A stretch of DNA of 57,917 bases from an uncultured bacterium (GTDB taxonomy: Bacteria; Chlamydiota; Chlamydiia; Chlamydiales; SM23-39), in assembly GCA_964466185.1 (NCBI GenBank), contig CAYXMS010000004.1, positions 15,186 to 73,102 of the forward strand. Direction: 5' to 3'. Below the pieces are notes generated by a model. The model was not told where the DNA came from. It did no database searches and saw nothing but the letters and a program-made list of their open reading frames with translations. A program made the position numbers and the translations under genes. Below are positions 44,729 through 53,800 of this stretch, piece by piece. Position 1 is the first letter of the stretch, and every line of letters starts with the position of its first letter.

Positions 44729-47125
44729 TCAAGTTGATAAAAACTTTTTGTTCATAGCATCGGTAATTTTAGTATGCGCTTTTTGCGCTTCTTCAAAGGA
44801 AATGGTCTTTTTTAGATCGCGGTAAATAAAACGTAACGTTATGTTGCTGCTATTAGATTTTTGAGGATCCTGATATAAGTCCAGCAGATAAAAATCTTCT
44901 AAAATATAAGGGCGCAGCTTTTCAATTTCTTTAAATAAAGAGCTGATCGGCATATTACTTTTCCAGGATAGAGTCCAGTCCCTTTCCGTAGCGGGAAATT
45001 CAGGCAGAGGCATATGTATAGCTTTATCTTGTTTAAAAGATAGTAAAAGATGGGTGTTGACCTCGGCAAAAAAAACATTTTTTTTGAGGTCCATTTTTTG
45101 TAAAAGCTTGGGATGAACAGATCCCAGAGTCGCCACTTTGATACCTTCAATTAATAAATGGGCTTGCTGGCCAGGATGGAAAGAAGGGCTATTATCGGTT
45201 TTTTGAAACTCAAAATCATAAATGTTTAAACTGGCCAGAAGATTTTCCAGAAAACCTTTTAAATCCAAAAAATCCAGCTCCTGTTCTTTTTCGCTAAAAT
45301 GCTTTTGTACTTTGTTTCCAGAGATGGTTATGGCTAAAACAGGCTCTTCAATAATTTTTTCCTTTTTTAAATGGATTTTGCTAGTTTCAAAAAAATTAAG
45401 ATAGAAATTTTTATGGTCGTGATTATGTTTGATAATTTGTAAATGAGAAGGTAAAAGAGAGGGCCTTAACATGGAATTATCTTGGGATTTGGCTTTTTTT
45501 ACAGCTAAGATGGAACTAGTGGAAATTTCTTTTTCATGAGTCATGTTAGCCAGTTTAAAACTAACCAGATCAGGTGTGATAATTTCTTTGAGGCCTTGGG
45601 CTATTAAGTTCTTTTTAAGCTGCTGTTCGAATAGATGAAAAACAGAACTTTTTTGAAAAGAAGAGGTAAAATAAGCTTTATGCTTGTTGATGTTGTTATA
45701 TCCGTATATTCTGGCTACCTCTTCGATTAAATCAATTTCAGCTTTTATGTCGTTGCGATAACTAGGAACTCTAACGTGCAGCTGCTTGTCTTTTTTGACA
45801 GAGACTTCCATTTCCAGTCGGTTTAAAAGAGAAGAAATCTCATTAAGACTTAGCTCTGTTCCTAAAATACGCCTAGTTTTTTCTTCCGATAAAAAAATTG
45901 CTTTTTCCGGAAACTCTCGGGTTTTGATGTCGATTAAATCTTCAGCTATTCTCGCTTCCGGACAAATTTTTTGGATTAAAAAAGCAGCTCTTTTTAAAGC
46001 TGAAACTGTTGCATCGGGATCAGAGGCTTTTTCAAAACGCTGAGAACTTTCTGTTCGCAGTGCTAAACTGTTGCAAGTCCTGCGTATAGATACAGGATCA
46101 AAACAGGCAGATTCTAAGAAAATGCTGTTTGTACTGTCTGAAACGGAAGAATGCTCGCTGCCTAGAATGCCGCCAAGAGCCAAAACAGTTTTTGCATCTT
46201 TAATCAGGATAGTATTTTTAGGAACTTTATACTCGATTTGGTTTAATCCTACAAAAGATAGCTCTTGGTTTGACTTTTCAATCGAAATCTTTGCTTTTTC
46301 AATTTTAGCTAAATCAAAAGCATGCATGGGCTGGCCCATTTCCAACATAATAAAATTGGTAATGTCTACCAGATTGTTAATGGATTTAAAGCCGCTTTTT
46401 TCTAATGCTGTAGAAAGCCACTCGGGAGATGGCCCTACCGATACATTTTCTATGTACAGACCGCTATAGCGCAAACAGCGGTTGTCTTTCAGTTCAATTT
46501 GCACTTTGCTTTTGGTAGATAGGTTTTTGCTGGCTGAAAAATTGTCTTCCGGATATTTGACTTTTCCATTAATTCCGGCAGCTAGTTCCCGAGCAATGCC
46601 AATTACACTTAAACAATGGCCCAGATTAGGAGTTAAAGATAGTTCTAAAATCGGATCATGGAAATAAATCGCTAAGTCAGCGCCTAACGGCAAATCGCTT
46701 TTAATTTCTAAAATGCCGCTATGGTCCGCTCCAAGGCCAAGCTCATCGGCCGCGCAAAGCATGCCAAAAGATTCCACCCCGCGTAATTTGGCTTTTTTAA
46801 TCTTGAAAACTTTGCCGCTTTTTTCATCTGTAATTTCTGCGCCTATTTTGGCAAAAGCAGTTTTTAACCCCGGTTTGCAGTTTTCGGCTCCACAGACAAC
46901 TTGGTAAGTTTGTCGGCCATCAAAAACTTCAGCTATCTTTAATTTGTCAGCCTCAGGATGCTTTTCAAAGTTCTTAACTTCAGCAATGACTACATGGCTA
47001 AAGGCAGGTTTTTCATTTTTAACGCTTTCAACTTCAATTCCCAAGTTGGTCAAAATAGTAATAATTTTATGTATAGGCAAATCCACGTCAAGATAGTTTT
47101 TTAAAAGAGATATCGGCAATAACAT
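44729..47125 (-). CDS. pheT: Phenylalanine--tRNA ligase beta subunit
   Basis: 798 aa. N-terminus MLLPISLLKNYLDV, tRNA-binding (EMAP-like) domain VVIAEVKNFEKHPEADKLK, and B3/4 and B5 regions. Confidence 0.93.
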   Translation of the reverse strand: MLLPISLLKNYLDVDLPIHKIITILTNLGIEVESVKNEKPAFSHVVIAEVKNFEKHPEADKLKIAEVFDGRQTYQVVCGAENCKPGLKTAFAKIGAEITDEKSGKVFKIKKAKLRGVESFGMLCAADELGLGADHSGILEIKSDLPLGADLAIYFHDPILELSLTPNLGHCLSVIGIARELAAGINGKVKYPEDNFSASKNLSTKSKVQIELKDNRCLRYSGLYIENVSVGPSPEWLSTALEKSGFKSINNLVDITNFIMLEMGQPMHAFDLAKIEKAKISIEKSNQELSFVGLNQIEYKVPKNTILIKDAKTVLALGGILGSEHSSVSDSTNSIFLESACFDPVSIRRTCNSLALRTESSQRFEKASDPDATVSALKRAAFLIQKICPEARIAEDLIDIKTREFPEKAIFLSEEKTRRILGTELSLNEISSLLNRLEMEVSVKKDKQLHVRVPSYRNDIKAEIDLIEEVARIYGYNNINKHKAYFTSSFQKSSVFHLFEQQLKKNLIAQGLKEIITPDLVSFKLANMTHEKEISTSSILAVKKAKSQDNSMLRPSLLPSHLQIIKHNHDHKNFYLNFFETSKIHLKKEKIIEEPVLAITISGNKVQKHFSEKEQELDFLDLKGFLENLLASLNIYDFEFQKTDNSPSFHPGQQAHLLIEGIKVATLGSVHPKLLQKMDLKKNVFFAEVNTHLLLSFKQDKAIHMPLPEFPATERDWTLSWKSNMPISSLFKEIEKLRPYILEDFYLLDLYQDPQKSNSSNITLRFIYRDLKKTISFEEAQKAHTKITDAMNKKFLST

Positions 47126-47219
47126 AAAAACACCTTAAGTTTTGAGAAAAATATACAAAAATATTCTGATAAAATCTATAAAAAGAAATGTTTTTCCACC
47201 TCTTTTAAAAGGTTTTTCG

Positions 47220-48569
47220 ATGAACTTGGAAGTAAAATTACAAAAAAGACTGCGCTTTTTAACGCAAGGGCTTTTTGTCAGCGGCTTTTTAAATATTTTT
47301 TTAGTTATTGTTTTAGCTTATTTTTCAGTTTCTAAACGCCATTTGATTAAAAAGGGCCTTTCTTCTATTAAAAAATATGAAAAACAAAAACAAAACTCAA
47401 TCTCCAATAGCCGCTATTTAAATGCTATTTATAGCCGTTCTTTTAAAGAACTTTTGGTGCTTTTGACCTCTAAAGAACTTTTAGAAGAAGGTTTTGCTAA
47501 AAGAGATTTTGCTTTGGGCTGTCTTTATACTTTCTGCCATTTCAATTTAGAAAAAGCACTGCCCGGTAAAGAATTGGAAAAACGCACATATAACTTTTTA
47601 GGTAAAGGAGGAGAGCCTAAAACAGTGGTTCTTTTTGCCGGACTCAGCGATGATAATTTTAATGATATTATTCATTACGGATGTTCGGAAAAATGGCCTT
47701 TTACTTCGGAGGGTCTGTTTAATTTTATTAAAAATTCCGCAGAGCCTATCGATGTGTCTTTGTTAAAAGCTTTTGCCGTTACCGAAGAGTTTTATGTTCT
47801 TAGTACTTTGTTTCAGGGACAGATAGATTTTCAAATTACACCCATGCAATTGATTAATCTAATTAAAAAATGTAGGTTTTCTTTTTTGGAAAATTTTGTC
47901 AAAGAACAAAAACAGCTGTTAAAAGCCGATTTAAAAGAAAGAAGATCCCTTTTTTTAATGGGCTGTTTGGAAGAAGGCGCTGATGAGGCGGCTTTTTTGC
48001 TGGTTAGAGGTAATCTCAGCTACCTTTTAAAAAAAGTAACAGATGTTCAGCTTCTAAAAATTTTATATGTTTTACAAAAGCCGTCAAATGAATTGTATCA
48101 GCTCTGTTTGGAGCTGGTCAAAAGCCCGCGCTCTAATGCTGTTTGGGAAAAATCTGCGCAAAAACTTTATCTGTTTGTTCAGGAAAAACCGCCGGAGCCT
48201 TTTTCTAGAGAAATTGTTTTGCGGCGATTTGCGCCCGGTTATTTAAAACAGCAAATCGGCCTGCAGAAAGCTGAAAATACATATGCTAATAACATGTGTA
48301 TGAAAAAAACAGCTTCTGCACAGCAATCAAAAATTAAACAGATGCCTAATAAAATCGATACTAAGACTTTGACAAAACCGGCAAATACTTTAAAAACCAT
48401 GTTTCGTAAAATTGTTAAAAATCCTGAACTATATATAGTTCAAAAAGGGGACAGTCTGTGGAAAATTGCCCATCGCCGCCAGATAAAAGTCTCAGATTTG
48501 ATGCAGGCTAACAATTTAAAAAATAGTAAAGTTAAACCGGGGCAAAAATTAAAAATCCCTAAAAAATAA
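47220..48569 (+). CDS. Membrane-anchored protein with C-terminal LysM domain
   Basis: TM segment GLFVSGFLNIFLVIVLAYFSV. C-terminal LysM YIVQKGDSLWKIAHRRQIKVSDLMQANNLKNSKVKPGQKLKIP. The track start TTG 47142 is possible, but ATG 47220 is preferred. Confidence 0.7.
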   Translation: MNLEVKLQKRLRFLTQGLFVSGFLNIFLVIVLAYFSVSKRHLIKKGLSSIKKYEKQKQNSISNSRYLNAIYSRSFKELLVLLTSKELLEEGFAKRDFALGCLYTFCHFNLEKALPGKELEKRTYNFLGKGGEPKTVVLFAGLSDDNFNDIIHYGCSEKWPFTSEGLFNFIKNSAEPIDVSLLKAFAVTEEFYVLSTLFQGQIDFQITPMQLINLIKKCRFSFLENFVKEQKQLLKADLKERRSLFLMGCLEEGADEAAFLLVRGNLSYLLKKVTDVQLLKILYVLQKPSNELYQLCLELVKSPRSNAVWEKSAQKLYLFVQEKPPEPFSREIVLRRFAPGYLKQQIGLQKAENTYANNMCMKKTASAQQSKIKQMPNKIDTKTLTKPANTLKTMFRKIVKNPELYIVQKGDSLWKIAHRRQIKVSDLMQANNLKNSKVKPGQKLKIPKK

Positions 48570-48574
48570 ACTTG

Positions 48575-48781
48575 TTAAAGAGGATCTTTTCCCCCTTTGT
48601 GATAAGGATGGCATTTCAAGAGTCTTTTTACTGTTAAAATAAATCCTTTATAACAGCCATGCTTTTTGAAGGCATCGATGGCATAATTAGAACAGGTCGG
48701 CTCAAATCGGCAGACGGAACCAAAAAATGGCCGTAAAGTTAGCTGATAAATTTTAATTAAAAAAATAAAAATGAATTTCAT
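48575..48781 (-). CDS. yidD: Membrane protein insertion efficiency factor YidD
   Basis: 68 aa. YQ..L.P......CRFEPTCSNYA...GCYKG...RLLKCHP motif set. Confidence 0.9.
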   Translation of the reverse strand: MKFIFIFLIKIYQLTLRPFFGSVCRFEPTCSNYAIDAFKKHGCYKGFILTVKRLLKCHPYHKGGKDPL

Positions 48782-49086
48782 ATTTCAACTTTTATTTGGT
48801 TGTTTCTTTGATAAATTTTGAATTTGTTTTAATGCTTTTAATTAAAAAAATAAAGAATAAAAAATAAATTTAAAATTTGTTAAACATTTTAAAACTTATA
48901 GCCATTTAAAAAAGATAAAATAATTTATCAAAAAAAATAAAAAAAAGTTTTAGAGATAATTCTCGGGAATTCTTAGTATTTCAATTCCGAGATGAAAGAG
49001 AATGTATTGAAAAAAGACTTGTCCTGATTTGTTTTAATAGATATATTTTTATTCTTAATTATATAATATTTACTGTTATTTGCTTT

Positions 49087-49170
49087 GCGGGGGTGGCGGA
49101 ATTGGTAGACGCGCTACCTTGAGGTGGTAGTAGGAGAGATCCTGTAGGGGTTCGAGTCCCCTTTCTCGCA
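49087..49170 (+). tRNA. tRNA-Leu (GAG), long variable arm
   Basis: GCGGGGGTGGCGGAATTGGTAGACGC...CTACC-TTGAGGT-GGTAG, a variable arm, then GGGGTTCGAGTCCCC. The acceptor stem has G-U pairs. The 3' end directly abuts the recO stop codon (49171). Confidence 0.85.
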
Positions 49171-49842
49171 TCAAATTGTTTCTTGGAAAAGTTGCCATAT
49201 TTTAGTCTGTAATTCAGTTGTAAGGTTTAAATTTCCAAGTTCTTGAAAAGAGCGGCTGTAGGTTAAAATTCTTAAAATTTGCATTTCAAGCAAAGAAAAA
49301 TTAAGTGCATATTCGGGAGAGTGCAAAGCGCACCGCAGCTCTCCTTTGATTAAATATAATGCAGGTCGGTGGCAGCTGTGGCAGCTGCTTTTTAGATCTA
49401 AAAGACCTTCGTGTAAAAGCAGCTTTAAAATAAAACTGTAAGCTAACACTAAACTGCTTTTAAAGTGGGGAATATGCATGAGATAATTTTTTAAAAGAGC
49501 ATATAAAAGAGGCGCTTTTTTATTTGGCAGCTGTGAGATGACAAGCGTTTTAGCCATTAAAGAGGCCTGTTCTATATATTTTAAATCTTCCCTTAAAAAA
49601 TAATGTCCCTGGATTAAAGATAAATCTTTTAAGTAAAAAAGATCGCTTTTGCCTTTTAAATAGACAAATTCAGAAAGCGCAAATAAATTTAGGCCGTTTA
49701 AAAGCGAGAGGCGTTTTAGGGAAAGCTTTTTGGCGAAAAGAGTGATCAAACCGCGGTTTTCTGCAAAAATAGTTACAATTCTTTTACCATCTTTATAAGG
49801 TACGGATTTTAAAGCAATGCCCTGGGTTTTTTCTATTTGCAT
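49171..49842 (-). CDS. recO: DNA repair protein RecO
   Basis: 223 aa. N-terminal OB-fold-like region (TQGIALKSVPYKDGKRIVTIF) and a C-terminal Cys motif (CHSCHRP...LRCALH). Confidence 0.75.
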   Translation of the reverse strand: MQIEKTQGIALKSVPYKDGKRIVTIFAENRGLITLFAKKLSLKRLSLLNGLNLFALSEFVYLKGKSDLFYLKDLSLIQGHYFLREDLKYIEQASLMAKTLVISQLPNKKAPLLYALLKNYLMHIPHFKSSLVLAYSFILKLLLHEGLLDLKSSCHSCHRPALYLIKGELRCALHSPEYALNFSLLEMQILRILTYSRSFQELGNLNLTTELQTKIWQLFQETI

Positions 49843-49991
49843 AAATTTTTTTGCTTTTTGTATCTTTTGTCGTAAAAAATACTTATTTGTGCCAAAATAA
49901 GTTTCTTTAAAATAACTGCTTTTTTGTATTTTAAAAATTAATATAGCAAAATATCAGAATACTTGGCTGGTTAAAAATAAGTTTGTAGTAG

Positions 49992-50065
49992 GCACCGGTA
50001 GCTCAATTGGATAGAGCACTTGGCTTCGGACCAAGGGGTTAGGGGTTCGAGTCCCTTCCGGTGCG
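49992..50065 (+). tRNA. tRNA-Arg (TCG)
   Basis: GCACCGGTAGCTCAATTGGATAGAGC...CTTGG-CTTCGGA-CCAAG...GGGGTTCGAGTCCC...CCGGTGC-G. The cloverleaf was folded by hand. Confidence 0.85.
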
Positions 50066-50081
50066 ATTTTTATCAGATGCG

Positions 50082-50410
50082 CCGTAAAATCTAGCTCTTT
50101 AGGGATGGGACATAAGGTGTAAAATGTTGTTTTTTTAAAAAGTTAAAATATTTTAAAGTTAAGCTGCGTTTTTTTGTAAATATTGGCCTTAAACCATTGT
50201 TGTTTTCTAGAAAATGTATAGGGTTTTTTGAAAAATCTTTCAAAGGTAAAATAATCTAGTAAAAGTTAAATAATATACGATAATCAAGTATGTTTAAAAA
50301 ATGAAAAAATCCGGCCGTCAGTGCGTCGGTCAAAAGCTTGGAAAATTGCTGAGGTTGCTCGGAGCTTAGAATCACGAATCTTTCTCCTTTAGGTGAGGGG
50401 GGGGGTTAAG
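50082..50410. repeat. Dispersed repeat family B, copy B2 (left block 50082-50125, right block 50310-50410)
   Basis: It starts 17 nt after tRNA-Arg(TCG). The blocks are homologous to B1. The hairpin arm is degenerate and expanded into a G9 run (50397-50405). Confidence 0.7.
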
Positions 50411-50441
50411 GCAAATTAGGTATTATTTGGATAAAAAAAAT

Positions 50442-50807
50442 ATGACCAAGTCTCAAAAGTCTCAAAAACTAAAATTTGAAACCAATACACAGCTTTGGCT
50501 TGTTGTAGAGGGAGATGTTGTTGTGGTCGGTTTAAAATCAATAGCTAAAGATGCGATCGGCGAAATTGTTTATGTGCAATTGCCTGAAATCGGTAAGAGA
50601 TATGCTGAAAATGAAGAAATCTGTATTTTGGAATCTGCAAAATCCGCTTTTGATTTGTATGCTCCTATAGCTGGAAAAGTTGTCGAAATAAATAAAAAAC
50701 TTGGTTTAAAAATAGATTTAATGAATAAAGATCCTGAGGGCCAAGGGTGGCTCTACAAAATGCAAATCAAAGATGTTAATGATTTGAAAAAGCTGAAAAA
50801 ATGCTAA
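50442..50807 (+). CDS. gcvH: Glycine-cleavage H-protein-like lipoyl carrier
   Basis: Lipoyl-lysine motif ESAKSAFDLYAPIAGKVVEIN and C-terminal GWLYKM. The track start is TTG 50427, but ATG 50442 is preferred. Confidence 0.8.
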   Translation: MTKSQKSQKLKFETNTQLWLVVEGDVVVVGLKSIAKDAIGEIVYVQLPEIGKRYAENEEICILESAKSAFDLYAPIAGKVVEINKKLGLKIDLMNKDPEGQGWLYKMQIKDVNDLKKLKKC

Positions 50808-53800
50808 AAAAAGTCGTTCTTGGTTTCGGTATTTTTGTAGCATCTGTTTTAATTGCAGGTGGTTTTTTTTTTAAATTTTATTTAAAAAATTTTTCTTTAG
50901 GTTCTTTTTCGATCAATAAAAAAGGCCTGGTATTAAATCAATTTTCAATCAGCAATCAAAAATTTTCTTGTTCAGTCGAAAAAATCTTTTTCTCTTTTTC
51001 CCATCAGGATAATTTGCTGTTGCGGCCCTGTTTGGTTATTAAGAAAAAAAGTCAGTATAAAAGAGGTAAGAATTTAACTTTTAATAATTGGCAGATCAAG
51101 GAAGGAACTGTTAGATTGGAACTGGAAAAAGAACCGGTTGAACTTTTTGTTTCGATAGACCGGCAAAAAAGTTATTTTAGCTTCGATCCCGAATATAAGC
51201 AGATTGAATATGTATTTCAGGATGGCAGTTTGTCTTTTCATAGAGTGCCTTTAGAAAAACTGTTTTGTTTTGCCAAACTGTGGCTGGATATTGAACAGAG
51301 TTTGCCAGTAAAACAGGTCCAGGGAGAGTTGAATGGACAGGGATTTTTTAATAAAAAAAGAAAACTAGTTTTTAATCATAATCAGATAGATTTGGATTTC
51401 CATTTGTCAAATGTTAAATGTTTGGAAAAAAATAGTTTGCTCCATCTTAATTTTGCTAGGATTGATTTTAAACTTTTGCAAACTAAAAAAAACTTGGCAG
51501 ATTTATATCTGGCAGGCTCTTTTGAAAAAGCTCAAATATTAGAAAAAAATAGTGTGACAGCAGATGGTTTTTTTAGCTGTCAAAACCAAGCTTTGGCTTT
51601 TTCTTTAAAAGATTCCAAATCTTATGAAGATTCCAAATCTTACGAAGATTCCAAATCTTATGAAGATTCTAAATCTTACAAAGATTCCAAATCTTTGCAA
51701 AAGAAAAAATCCTTGCCGAATAACAACTCTTTTTGGTTTTTAGAAGGAAGCGCTTTTTTAAAAGAAAAAAGTTTTCATTTTAGATTGAAAAAAGATGTAT
51801 CCGAGCTGGTTTTTCAAAAAAGAATAAATGGTCGCTGTGCTATTAGCGGTCAGAAAATTAATTCTGATATTTTTAAGTTTATGCAGATTTTTCTGCAAAA
51901 TTATTATCCTGATTGTTTGAATTATACTTTAAAAACAGGAGAGGTTTCTTTTTATGCAGAATGGGATAGTTTTTGGAAAAAAAATCAGACAATTCAAGTT
52001 TCTGAACTAACAAGTGGAAAATTAGATTTAATTGCCCCTTTTGGTAAAGTGCAGATAGATGATTTGTTTTGCCGCATGGATTTAGATTTTTCCAAAAAAA
52101 ATATAGTTCAATCAGCAGATCTTAAAATGGCTGGAGGATATGCCGGCAGCTGGCAAAATAAGAAATTAAAGCTGGATAAAGTAAGGCTTAACCTGAAAGT
52201 CAGAAAAGAACAGCTTTTTTCTTCTTTTTGTTTATTTGATTTTAATGGATTTAAAGGCCAGGTTAAATGCTTTGAAGAAGGCAGACAAGTCAAAGCTGTG
52301 TTTTCAGGCAAAGGCCCAGTCCAAGATTTTTTACAAACCAAAGAAGAGCTTAGTCTTTCCGTTAGTTTGCAAAAAGAAAATAACTATCTATTTTCCGGTT
52401 TAATGCAAATGAAAGAAAAAGATCAAACTAATCAAACTTTGTCCTTTGGTTTGGAATTAAAACATTTATTGCAACAGAAAAATTTGTCGGATTGGCGGAA
52501 AAATATTGTTAATTTTTGGATTAAAGCAGAAAAATTAAAGTTGGAAAAATGGTTTTCTTTTTTAAATTTTTTAAATTTTCAGCTCCAGGGAAGAGCCAAT
52601 CTTTCCTGTTTTTATCAGGATCAAGAGCTGAATTTAGATTTTCAAGGAGAAAATCTTTATTTTAAAAATCAGATTCTAGAATTTTTTCTACCCCAGCTGG
52701 GATCTGTAGATGATTTGTTTTTAGAAGACTATTTGAGTTTAAGCCTGGATTTTAAAAATCAGGATTTTAAAATTAAAACTCCCGTTTTTCAAGGCGGTTT
52801 TGCTTTTTTTGAATATGGTTTAAATTGCAAATGCACTCAAGCAAGTCTTACAGCCAAAGACCAAGTAGTTAGATTGGAAGTGGGAAAAGGCAATCTCAAT
52901 GGAATTGATCTGCAAGGTGCTTTGCAATTTGATTTTTTTCAAAAGAAATGGTCGGTAGAGGCTAAAGAGGCTAAAGGATCAGTTCAGGATTTGTGTTTGC
53001 TTTTAAGAAATTTCGGATTGGCTAAACATCTTTTTTTTTCCTATTTAACCGGATCTTTTAGCAGCAAAAAAGGCTTTTTTTTAGAAAAAAATTTAAAAGA
53101 TCAAACAATGCTTTGGAATTTGGATCTGGATATTTTGGATTTGGCTTTTCAAAAAGATCCATTTGCTAAGGGAAAAAATTTTCAAGGCAAAATTATTTGG
53201 GATAGTTCGGAAGATAAGCTGATTTTAGCTGGAGCTCAAGGAGATTTAGAATTCTATGGGCAAAAATTAAAATTAAAAATTCCTTGGATTAAAAAAGAAA
53301 AACAAAGAGCTGTTTTTGATATTTTTTCTGAAGTAGATTCTTTAGAGCTTTGCCGGCTTTCAGGCTCTGCTTTAACAGTTCAAGACAGATTAGTATTGCA
53401 GTTTCAAAAAAATTCCCATTTTTTGTCTTTTCCAATAGCAGTTAAAGATTGCATTTTTGAAAACGAAAATCTTCAGCTCTGTGAATTTTATTTTCAGCTG
53501 CCTTTAAAAGAATGGGCTTTATATAGCAGCTTTTTAAATCCTAAAAACATTTTGGATTTTCAAACTTTTAACGGTCAGGTAAAAGGTCATTTTTGTTTTG
53601 AAAAGAATAAAGACCTGTTTTTGAAATTGCAGGGCAAAAAGTTGAAAATTTTAAATAAGCGGTTTGATCGGTTGAATTTTTTGATTAAAAAAAATAAACA
53701 AGGCTTGTATTTAGAAGAGAGTTTTTTAGATGATTGGCAATTAACCGGGCATTTTGTAAATCAAGATAGTTTTGGACTTCAAAATGCAATTTTGCAAGGG

